64,000 nucleotides of DNA from Eledone cirrhosa (Eukaryota): NCBI GenBank assembly GCA_964016885.1, contig OZ024741.1, positions 48,484,001 to 48,548,000 of the forward strand, read 5' to 3'. This document shows, in pieces, positions 48,960 through 64,000 of the stretch. The translations under genes and the position numbers were made by a program. Every line of letters starts with the position of its first letter. The first letter of the stretch is position 1. Below the pieces are notes generated by a model that was not told the origin of the DNA, did no database searches, and saw nothing but the letters and a program-made list of their open reading frames with translations.

Positions 48960-49166
48960 GCTATGATAAAATGCACCCAGTACACTCTATAAAAGGTTTG
49001 TTGTTAAGAAGGACATCCAACTATAGAAAACATGTCAAATGTTCAACTGAGCCATGGTGCTCTGACTTGTCTAGAAAGGCAATAACTCCAAATATGACCT
49101 AAGTTGCACAGCAATGACCTGTCCATTTCATACCAGTATTGAAAAAAAGTGGAGTAAAATGATGAT
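48960..49166 (+). mobile_element. Old family B-type tail fragment
   Basis: atgcacccagtacactct..ttaagaaggacatccaactatagaaa. Confidence 0.6.
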
Positions 49167-50863
49167 GGTAGGTGTTAAAATATTTATTATTTGAATAACA
49201 TCAGGTAAAAAGACTAAAACAAGATGAAAATAAATATATCTTGTGACATACTTTGTATATGTAGAACAAGTTTGTCATTTTTAATGTAAAAATGAGGCAT
49301 TGTGATTATTATTAAGAATAATTAAGAAGTAGTAAATATATTTTCTAAAAGGTATTAGTGATATAAGTAAAAACTATTCTAATGGTACTTGAAACTAGTT
49401 TGCAAGCTTGGTTTACTGATACTTTTTTGTCACTCTTTAGTGCTCACTATGAAGAGTTTTATAATAACTTTTATGGCCTCATTTCTTTTCACTTCTAATG
49501 ACTCATCTGACTTGTAAGTTATAATGTTTATTTAATTGTTTTATTAAGTCAACTTTTGATTACAAAAATGACAACTGTGCAGCTAACCAAACAAATTGCT
49601 GTCACGCATAAGAATAAAAGAACAATGTAGTTAGTTTACCTTAGTGCTAGATAACTTATACATCTATCATGTTTTATGTTAAGGCCTTTTATGTTCATGT
49701 CTGCCAGTACAACTTTCTGTGTGTGCCACATCACAATCCTTTTCCCACTGTTTCATTGAAACTTTGAAATAAATTGTTTGAAAGTTTAAACTGCTTTTTT
49801 TTTTGTTTTAGTTAGTAAATGGTTTGTCTAATCCTGTTGAACAAGGTTAGATAAACTTCCTTTAAACAGGTTTATAATTTTATCATTATAGTTCATATCA
49901 GTTCTTGTTCAGAGTTACTATCCACTCAAGATGGATCAAACGACCACATTTTACTCATACATTCCATTTTTATCCTGGCTTCTAGAGCTAAATGCCTATC
50001 ATAACACCGACTACTTTACAGAGTGTACGTGGTGTATTTTTACCATGGAACCAGTTGTAGAGAGGTTGTCATGTCCTCTAGAAAACTAATGAGTTCTTTC
50101 TACATTGTCTCTATTTGATTATTAACCAACTTACCAACTTACAACGGTTACTGGGTGCATCTTATAATGGCACTAACACTAGAGAAGTTGCCTTGTTCAC
50201 TGCAAGATTTAAGAGTCCTTTCTACTCTACATAGACTCTATTTTTTTGAAGACTTACCTGATTGAGAAGAGAAGATGGCCAAAAGTTTGAAAGAAGAGAA
50301 AGTATTAATATGAGTGTGAAGGAAGAAACAGTGATAGGATACTATAGGAAGAAAAGGGTGTTGATTTCTGAGAGTGAATAGGAGTTTGAGTAGAAAACAG
50401 CATGAGCAACATGATGGGATAGCAATAGTGATGTATCATGGTAGGAAACAGCAAGTGGTCTATACCAACAGGGAAATGTGATGGTGAGGGTGATAGATAT
50501 TAGGTAAGATATATGTGGGGCAGAGAGAAAGATAGTTACCAGTAGAGGGTGATGGTATTAAATATAGGAAATGAGTGATAGATATCAACAGATATGGGTA
50601 ATGTACTGGGTACATTTTATAATGGCACCAGCACTACCACATTACAGTTTCATGGGGATGGGGGTGAATGATGGTTAGTAGTAATGGGTGATGGACCGAA
50701 TATGGATGAATGTAGTAATAGAAGGATGATGGTGAGAGAAATATAGAATGATATGTGGTGGTGTAATGATAGGATAAAAACTGATCAAATGTATGATAGA
50801 GTGAATAGATAGTGATAAGTAGTTGTTATAAATACAATTATTATCATAGTCACCACAAGGGTG

Positions 50864-51072
50864 CTGGATTGGCTGTATCAGTAGAGCATCAGACACCATG
50901 TTTCACAGCATAGTTACGTCCCTTTACTTTCTGATTTCAAATCTCGCCAAGGTTAGCTTTGCCTTTCATCCTTACATGTTCGATAAGGTAAAGTACCAGT
51001 AACGCACTGGGGTTGGTTTAATCAACTTTCCCCTCCCCAAAATTGTTGGCCTTGTGCTTAAATCAGAAACAA
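50864..51072 (+). mobile_element. SINE family A
   Basis: Full-length match. Confidence 0.85.
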
Positions 51073-51404
51073 CTGCCATGACTACCACTATGCTTAAGAC
51101 TCTCATCATTATTGCTATCATTATTGTTATCATTATTGTTTTAATGTTTCTATATATTTCCCCATCTTGGCATGGGTTTGAGATGTCTAGAATAGTTGTC
51201 TCCATTCTTTTGATCTTATCTGAAAGGCTCCATGTTTTCAGTTCTGTCCTAATTACATTTACACAAGTTTTTGGCAGTCTCTATCTCCAGGTATCTTTCA
51301 CAAACCACTAAAAGCAGATTTTAACTAAAATTAGTTACAATAGCAAAATCGATAGTATCCACCCATTCTAATTTTCTTCTCCTAGCAGGGAAAGATGACT
51401 TTAA

Positions 51405-51622
51405 ATGATGAGGATGTTGATGATGGTGATAATGACGGTGATGTTGATGATGGTGATAATGACGGTGATGTTGATGATGGGGATGATGAGGAGGATGTTA
51501 ATGATGATAATGTTGATGATGTTAATAATGATGGGGATGGTGATGTTAATAATGATGAGGATGATGTTAATGATGGTGATGATGTTAATGGTGATGATGA
51601 TGATGACATTAATGATGGTGAT
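51405..51622. repeat. Degenerate (GAT)n tract
   Basis: Direct inspection. Confidence 0.9.
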
Positions 51623-51681
51623 AGCTCTTGTCTCATTCTATTTGATGTTATTATTTTATCAAATTTTATCAAAAGAGCGAT

Positions 51682-52113
51682 GGATTGGTAGTAATCAGTA
51701 GAGCTTTAGACAACATGCTTTATGGCATATAGTTATGGCCCTTTACATTCAGAGTTCAAATCTTGCCGAGGTTAGCTTTGCCTTTCATCCTTATGGGGTT
51801 GATATAAAGTACCAGTAATGCACTGAGTTGATTTAATCGACTTTCTCCTCTCTCCCAAAATTGTTGGCCTTGTGTTTAAATCAGAAATCATTAATGGAGG
51901 TGGATTGGCTGAATCGGTAGAGCATCGGATAACGTTTTCTGGCATAGAGTTACAGCCTTTTGTGTTTGGATTTCAAATCTCACCGAGGTTTGCTTTGCCT
52001 TTCATCCTTACTTGGTTGATAAAATAAAGTACTAGTAATGCACTGGAGTTGATTTAATCAACTTTCCCTTCCCCCCAAAATTGTTGGCCTTGTGCCTAAA
52101 TCAGAAACCATTA
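51682..52113 (+). mobile_element. Two head-to-tail SINE family A copies
   Basis: 51682-51891 and 51898-52113. Confidence 0.87.
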
Positions 52114-53652
52114 TTTTATCAAATTTATCTCTTTGTATTCAGTTCTTTATCATTTTAATTCATTAACAATTTTCTATTAAACAGTCACATTTTAATGAAT
52201 TATTATTACTATGTCCCTAATTGCACCTGATTATGTCTTAGTAAATATAGAATAACAACCATGTATTACCATCTGTCTTCACTACCAAATGAAGGAGCCT
52301 TTATTTAGATGCTTCAGCTTATACTCATTTGTTTTGGCATATTTCGGACATTAGCTTATATTCAGATCAGTTATCGGTTTATACATGACAATGTATTATA
52401 TCTGTAAAATAGTGTATGTGGTTTAACTCCAGATTACACAATTGTCCTTCACATCATCATCATCATCAGCAGCAGCAGCAATTTTTGTAGGTTGTCTCTG
52501 TTGTTTTAAAAAAAAAAAACAGAATTAGCTGTTGATTGGGGGTGGGGACCTGAAAAAGGAATAAGTGGGGGTGGGGATGATTAATGGAGACCCAAGAGCA
52601 CATATTTGATTTTGTGGTTTATTTAATTGAACGTAAGAATGACATACCTATTCATTAACTTTAAAATCACCAGCAGCATTATGTTAACCAGTTTACTAAT
52701 GTGTGAGGGGTGGCAGATTGCAAAAGTCATTGCTTAAATTATTGTAGGTATGCTACAATAAAATCTTTTCTTTTGGATGAAAAATTGTCAATAGTGTTTT
52801 GTGACATGAATTTCAACCATCCATTTGCTTGATGAAATATCTCTTGCTTAATAATGTAAGTTGAGATTATACAAGAAATAGACTGAACCAGATAATGGAC
52901 TATTCTGCACACAGAATATTATAAAAAAGGAAACAACACTTGCTGTGAGGGTTTTTATCTTTAGACAGCCTGTATATTGAAAGCCATTCAACATTATGTA
53001 AGACAGTACAACATTTTTTCCTGACAGTTTCCTGTTTAAAAAAGTTTTATTCTTTTTCACCACACAGTGCAATAACAATTTGCATCAAACATTGACTCTC
53101 TAAAAAAAAACAAGATAAGTAATTCATATACATCCTGTATAGCACATTTTCTGTATAGGAATCACTTGGTAAATACTGATAGACAAACATTTGTATATAT
53201 ATATACACATTTTTGTGAATATATTTTGTCTTGTTTTGTATAACATGAATTACTGCTTTTATATATATCATGTGAACTGTGTATATTACTTTGAAGTACT
53301 TTTTTGTATAATACTTGAAATGTTTTTTATTACTTTCAGTAATAACAATGACCCCACCATATACACCATATATTACAGTTGGAAAGTTTTAAATAAACAT
53401 TTGTACATATGCAAATATTATTACAGTTTATAATTCTATATTCAGAATTCCAAAATCTGAAAGCCCAAATCCAAATTGCTTTACAGTGAGGGAATTTTTA
53501 ATAAATGTTTCACACTTATGTTGGAGATCTTGGAGTATAATGAACCATTTTTACTTTTGTAAAAGTGGCTTTCACTTAGATTTGTTGTTTTGTAATGTAA
53601 TGGAATTTTGATTTGCTGTAAATTACCCACATAAACTATGAGAGTAGGCTGA

Positions 53653-53937
53653 CTATGAAGGAGTGATGCTAGAGCTGTGAAATTTTGCATGCATTAATTT
53701 CAACTCTTCTTAATAACTGTATTGTTTCCTTCCAGAGACTATTTTGAAAAACAAACCTCGTTTGGTCATTACATGAAAGTATCTTGGTCAGCCTATGAAG
53801 GAGTGATGCTAGAGCTGTGAAATCTTGCATGTATTAATTTCAACTCTTATTATTAATAACTGCATTGTTTCTTTTCAGGGACTATGTTGAAAAATAAACC
53901 TTATTTGGTCATTCCATGAGAGTTTCTTGGTCAGCCT
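53653..53937. repeat. About 140-bp tandem duplication
   Basis: ctatgaaggagtgatgctagagc at 53653 and 53793. Confidence 0.9.
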
Positions 53938-55538
53938 CTGAACTTTTCACCTGATCCTTGTAGTTTGTGGTCAAACATTGGACAAATATTCTCTTCATTT
54001 TATATTTCCTTCATTTCTTTAAAATTACAATTGCATCAATAATATTGCCTTCATTGGTTTTAAAGTCTTAGTGTTATGTTATTATTTATGAAAATGAAAA
54101 GAAAGCATTATACTCTAAAATCAACATTGTGACAATAATCCTTTAGTTTCCATCATTATAAATACTTAAGAGAAAAATGGTGGGTGATAGATAAGTGACT
54201 TGATTTTTACTTCTTGTTCTGGGAGATTTGGCTGCTTTTTCTAGTTGATCAAGCAACCACTCTTTGTCAACTTTTGTAAATCAATATCAAATAGTTAAAA
54301 TAAGATACATGATATATGGTAGGCAGATATGAAACGAGTGTAAAATACAAAAGTATGTGATTGACTAAGCTGAAATGAAAGTGTCATGGAATAGATTTGT
54401 TTAAGTGAAAACAGAAACTGTTTCCAAAAATGAATCTCTTACTCTCGGGTCTCGAATAATCGTTCCCCCCACCCATTAATTTCTCACTTATTGAATAAGT
54501 GGGTGAAGAAGAAGTTTGTTAATAATTCACTTTCATGTAGACTCCATAAATTGTTCAGAAATGGAGCTACTATTAGTAAGACCCATCTAAAGTCTGTTGA
54601 CAGAGTAAAGATTATTGAATGTATTTATTATATACAACCTCTTAAATGTCCTGCTTCAAACCAATCTACCAGAATCTATTCTTAAGGTCAATTGAGAGAA
54701 GAAAAAAAAGCCAACTATTTTGCTTCTTACATATCATTGAATATTATTTGATGTTGAGAAGTTGGCTGGGAAAACGTTTGAATCTTTTCATTGAAATATA
54801 TTTTATAATCAGCATTCGTTCTTAATTTACTTTCTTTTTCCTCCAAACAAATGGCATTGCACTATTGACACTCTCATAATGTTATGGGGTTATTATACTC
54901 ACCATTACTCCAAGATTGTGAACTAATTTTATTTTTAGCTGTACCCAATACTGAAATGTTATTAAGGGTAAATGCCCAGAAACACAGTAACATGGCATAC
55001 TTTTCAGAATGTCTGCTCCAATCAATCAAATAATATAAAGACTATTAACAACAATAAAGCCGAAGTGTTTTTTATTCCCAGATTCAAACAGTCGTCGTAG
55101 TATCAACTTCTCAGGTCTCAAATAATTGTCCCTCTCTCCCCCTTATTAATTTTTTCAGAATTTTTCAAATCCCACGCTCTTACCCCCCCCCCCCCCCCCC
55201 CCCCCCCACACACACACTCACTAATCTCACTAATTAAATTTTGCTAATCTATTTCTGGCAAAATTTTATTTTAAATGGTAGCATTCCTGTGACAATTTTT
55301 TTAATATATTAAAAACCATTATACACAACAAAAGAAGTACATTATCCTATATGTTATAAAATAAATAGAATGGGTTGGGGGTTTCAATAGGTAAACTAAA
55401 TTAATAATTCCTGGTTTTTTTTTTTTATTAATGGAGACAACCTAGGAAAATTATCGATTCCCCCCCTCCCCTCGATGCAATGTAAATTATCATTTGTTGC
55501 ACAATTAATATTCAAAGCTACTTCTTTACCATCTGAAT

Positions 55539-55738
55539 NNNNNNNNNNNNNNNNNNNNNNNNNNNNNNNNNNNNNNNNNNNNNNNNNNNNNNNNNNNNNN
55601 NNNNNNNNNNNNNNNNNNNNNNNNNNNNNNNNNNNNNNNNNNNNNNNNNNNNNNNNNNNNNNNNNNNNNNNNNNNNNNNNNNNNNNNNNNNNNNNNNNNN
55701 NNNNNNNNNNNNNNNNNNNNNNNNNNNNNNNNNNNNNN
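55539..55738. other. Assembly gap (200 N)
   Basis: Direct inspection. Confidence 1.
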
Positions 55739-56348
55739 CGGCCACTACTTTACATCCATGTAGGATAACCCCCTACCGAAGCGCTGAACGAGTGTGACTT
55801 TTTAGTCCAGCCAGCGACTTGAAACCTCTGGTACAAACACTACATCTGTGACAATCCTTGACACATAGTGCTGGGCCCATGGTAGGACAATTATTGACAC
55901 ATAGTGCTGGGCCCATGTGAGGACAAGTGCAGAGAGATCTCCAGATATAAAGCAATGCCTGTGCCGTGAAGCTTTTATAGTGAGCAAAGGCACTGCACAA
56001 AGCCAGTCCCACTCTCTTAACCAAGATGCTATTTACCAAAAGAAGAACAAGTCAACATCATTGGATTACCATCAGGGTTGCAGGTGTTATATCAGAGTTT
56101 TCCTTCTCCTAGAATTCTGCCTTGACAAAGGCTAAGGGGTCATCTCTCCCGGTGATTTTGGATGGCCATTGACTCTTAAGAGCTCCTTTGCCCTTTGACA
56201 GGTTTTGTTTTTAGTCCTGCAGGATGTCCAAAGTCACCCTCCTCACCAAGAAACCTTGGTGGGGTTGCCAGTTTAGTCGCCAACGACCCGACCATGAGAC
56301 AGGTTGTACTGGGATACATGTTACCAGTAGCACCAACTGGTGACCTGA
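55739..56348 (-). mobile_element. Non-autonomous bipartite RTE derivative, copy 1 (3' end lies in the gap)
   Basis: RTE-like 5' UTR motif ctaggagaaggaaaactctga joined to a C-terminal zinc finger [19 protein letters not shown]. Confidence 0.65.
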
Positions 56349-58374
<2,026 letters not shown>

Positions 58375-58375
58375 T

Positions 58376-58812
58376 GGTGGCTGCCAACTCGTTTTCGAGT
58401 ATGGCCACTACTTTATATCCATGTAGGAGAAACCCTATTGATGCGCTGAACGAGTGTGACTTTTTAGTCCAGCCTGCAACATGAAAACTCTGGCACAAAC
58501 ACTACACCTGTGACAATTATAGACACATAGTGCTGGGCCCATGGTACCATGTGACGACAAGTGCAGAGAGATCTCCAGATATAAAGCAATGCCTGTGCCG
58601 TGAAGCTTTTATAGTGCGTAAAGGCACTGCACAAAGCCAGTCCCACTCTCTTAACCAAGATGATATTTATCAAAAAGAAGAACAAGTCAACATCATTGGA
58701 TACCATCAGGGTTGCAGGGGTTATATCAGAGTTTTCCTTCTCCTAGTATTCGGCCTTGACAAAGGCTAAGGGGTCATCGAGATCCAGGTGATGGTGGGAT
58801 GGGCCATTGACT
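58376..58812 (-). mobile_element. Non-autonomous bipartite RTE derivative, copy 2
   Basis: Homologous to 55739-56175; 3' terminal stem-loop ctcg-aaaa-cgag then ggcagccacca. Confidence 0.65.
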
Positions 58813-60060
58813 GCTGTAGAGACTCGTTGGGACCGGTGTATAGTGATAGTATGTGAGTGAGTATGTTTAGTGTGTATGTATGAGTATATGAGTACAGAGT
58901 GTAGAGTACTGTACTGTGATGAGAGTAGTAGAGTATAGTTTAGTACAGTATATATGATGTCAGTGCATAGTATATATAGTAGTGTGATATACAGTAGAGT
59001 AGTATAGTATGTATTAGTACATAGTATAGAGTGTCATGACAGTATAGTGTGTATGACAGTACATGAGTAGTATGTATAGTCAGTGACATATATAGATGAG
59101 TAGCAGTACATATATATATTTATATCATATAGTAGTACAGTACATAGTATAATATACTTACATATATAGTAGTATACATATATACAGTAGATAGTATAGT
59201 CATGACATATATGAGTAAGATACATACTATATATAGAGTACTGTATATCTATGAGAGTACTTATAGTATATAGTACAGAGGTACAGTATATATAGTACAT
59301 ATATACATATGTGTGTGTGTATGTCGTATTGTGTAGCATAGCTGTATATAGTATGATAGTATACAGTATAGTATAGAGTATACAGTACATAGTATATATA
59401 TACATATACATATAGTATATAGCAGTATAGCATATTATACATATACATACATATATATACATATACATTACATATATACATATACATTAGTATAGTACAT
59501 TAAGAGCTAGTACATATTCAGTAGTATATAGCATATACATACAGTATATATACAGTATATATACAGAGTACAGTCTATATATACATATACATACATATAT
59601 ATATATACATATACATATAGTATATATAGTAGTACAGTATGAATAGTACATAGTATGATACATTGTATATAGTATAGTATAGTACAGTATACATACATAG
59701 TAGATATATACATATACATACAGTTATATAGTATAGTACATATAGTCATTATATATAGTAGTTACATATACATATAGTATATATACTTATACTTACATAT
59801 ATATATAAATACATATAACATACATATATAGTATATAGTATAGGTATATATATAGAGAGTATAGAGATACATATATATTAGTATATATATATACATACAT
59901 ATATATATATACATATAGAATAGTAGTATATAGTATACAGTGACATAGTATATATAGTATATACATATACATACATATATATATATACATATACATATAT
60001 ATATAGAGTAGTATAGTATACAGTATATATAGTGAGTGACAGTACAGTATATAGAGTGTA
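58813..60060. other. Degraded low-complexity sequence, probably poor consensus
   Basis: Homology to copy 1 decays abruptly into irregular T/A/C/G dinucleotide noise. Confidence 0.6.
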
Positions 60061-60110
60061 TATTGAGTCATATACATACATATATATATATATACTTACA
60101 TAGTATAGAT

Positions 60111-60143
<33 letters not shown>

Positions 60144-63100
60144 TATACATACATATATATATATATACATATACATATATATATATATATTATACATACA
60201 TATATTATAATATACATATACATACATATATATATATATACATATACATACATATATATATATATACTATACATATATATATATATACATATACATATAT
60301 ATATATATACATATACATACATATATATATATATACATATACATACATATATATATATACATATACATACATATATATATATACATATACATACATATAT
60401 ATATATATACAATATATATATATATATATATACATATACATACATATATATATATATACATATACATACATATATATATATATACATATACAATACATAT
60501 ATATATATATACATATACATACATATATATATATATACATATACATACATATATATATATATACATATACATACATATATATATATATACATATACATAC
60601 ATATATATATATATACATATACATACATATATATATATATACATATACATACATATATATATATATACATATACATACATATATATATATACATATACAT
60701 ACATATATATATATATACATATACATACATATATATATATACATATACATACATATATATATATACATATACATACATATATATATACATATACATACAT
60801 ATATATATTACATATACATACATATATATATATACTATACATACATATATATATACATATACATACATATATATATATACATATACATACATATATATAT
60901 ATACATATACATACATATATATATATACATATACATACATATATATATATACATATACATACATATATATATATACATATACATACATTATATATATATA
61001 CATATACATACATATATATATATACATATACATACATATATATATGATACATATACATACATATATATATATACATATACATACATATATATATATACAT
61101 ATACATACATATATATATATACATATACATACATTTATATATATACATATACATACATATATATATATACATATACATACATATATATATATACATATAC
61201 ATACATATATATATATACATATACATACATATATATATATACATATACATACATATATATTATACATATACATACATATATATATATACATATACATACA
61301 TATATATATATACATATACATACATATATATATATACATATACATACATATATATATATACATATACATACATATATATATATACATAATACATACATAT
61401 ATATATATACATATACATACATATATATATATACATATACATACATATATATATATACATATACATACATATATATATATACATATACATACATATATAT
61501 ATATACATATACATACATATATATATATATATACATATATATATACATATATACATATACATATACATACATATATATATACATATACATACATATATAT
61601 ACATATACATACATATATATATATATACATATACATACATATATATATATATACATATACATACATATATATATTATACATATACATATATATATATATA
61701 CATATACATACATATATATATATATACTTATACATACATATATATATATATACATATACATACATATATATATATTACATATACATACATATATATATAT
61801 ACATATACATACATATATATATATATAACATATACATACATATATATATATACATATACATACATATATATATATACATATACATACATATATATATATA
61901 AATATACATACATATATATATATACATATACATACATATATATATATACATATACAACATATATATATATACATATACATACATATATATATATACATAT
62001 ACATACATATATATATATACATATACATATATATATATATACATGTACATACATATATAATATACATATACATACATATATATATATACATATACATACA
62101 TATATATATATACATATACATACATATATATATATACATATACATACATATATATATATACATATACATACATATATATATATACATATACATACATATA
62201 TATATATATACATACATATATATATATACATATACATACATATATATATATACATATACATACATATATATATATACATATACATACATATATATATATA
62301 CATATACATACATATATATATATACATATACATACATATATATATATACATATACATACATATATATATATACATATACATACATATATATATATACATA
62401 TACATACATATATATATATATACATATACATACATATATATATATATACATATACATACATATATATAATATACATATACATATATATATATATACATAT
62501 ACATACATATATATATATATACATATACATACATATATATATATACATATACATACATATATATATATACATATACATACATATATATATATACATATAC
62601 ATACATATATATATATAAATATACATACATATATATATATACATATACATACATACCTATACATACATATATATATATACATATACATACATATATATAT
62701 ATACATATACATACATATATATATACATATACATACATATATATATATACATATACATACATATATATATATACATATACATACATATATATATATACAT
62801 ATACATACATATATATATATACATATACATACATATATATATACATATACATACATATATATATATACATATACATACATATATATATATACATATACAT
62901 ACATATATATATATACATACATATATATATATACATATACATACATATATATATATACATATACATACATATATATATATACATATACATATATATATAT
63001 ACATATACATACATATATATATATACATATACATACATATATATATATACATATACATACATATATATATATACATATACATACATATATATATATACAT

Positions 63101-64000
63101 ATACATACATATATATATATACATATACATACATATATATATATACATATACATACATATATATATATACATATACATACATATATATATACATATACAT
63201 ACATATATATATATACATATACATACATATATATATATACATATACATACATATATATATATACATATACATACATATATATATATACATATACATACAT
63301 ATATATATATACATATACATACATATATATATATACATATACATACATATATATATATAATATACATAACATACATATATATATATACATATACATACAT
63401 ATATATATATACATATACATACATATATATATATACATATACATACATATATATATATACATATACATACATATATATATATACATATACATACATATAT
63501 ATATATACATATACATACATATATATATATACATATACATACATATATATATATACATATACATACATATATATATATACATATACATACATATATATAT
63601 ATACATATACATACATATATATATATACATATACATACATATATATACATACATATACATACATATATATACATACATATACATACATTATATACATACA
63701 TATACATACATATATATACATACATACATATATATATATACATATACATACATACATATATATACATACATACATATATATATATACATACTATATACAT
63801 ACATATATATATATACATACATATATACATATACATACATATACATACATATTACATACATATATATATACATATACATACATATATATACATATACATA
63901 CATATATACATATACATACATATATACATATACATATACATACATATATACATATATATATATATACATATACATACATATATATATACATATACATACA
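60061..64000. repeat. About 20-bp-unit satellite (tacatatacatacatatata) / compound microsatellite
   Basis: Direct inspection. Confidence 0.95.

Noticed and set aside
58813-60060. Apparent novel complex repeat
   Set aside because: Abrupt decay from a recognisable element into irregular dinucleotide noise looks like low-quality consensus.

Overview
AT-rich eukaryotic (animal) DNA dominated by repeats. The repeat repertoire (RTE LINEs with (GAT)n tails, two tRNA-derived SINE families, huge (TA/CA)n tracts) suggests an octopus or other cephalopod; this is inference only. No intact protein-coding gene is evident, apart from a tentative two-exon 5' end on the minus strand (3813-3728, 777-731). Nearly all long ORFs in the track are microsatellite artefacts. 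Recognisable elements are three copies of a young RTE LINE (APE+RT+PHD-like finger, all disabled), Rex3/Expander-like, CRE-clade and CR1/L2 fragments, Helitron-like and piggyBac/Tc1-type MITEs, Penelope-like (GIY-YIG) 3' fragments, and a 200-N gap. The main finding is that 16-44 kb holds about ten sequence-unrelated families of type-I hammerhead ribozyme motifs, mostly in ORF-less, (TA)n-flanked fold-back or tandem elements. These include a retrozyme-like 422-bp tandem unit (predicted 422-nt monomer/circRNA), a 2-kb palindrome, and non-canonical cores (U3:A8; CAGAAGA with Y-U at 10.1/11.1). All folds were done by eye and none has been tested.
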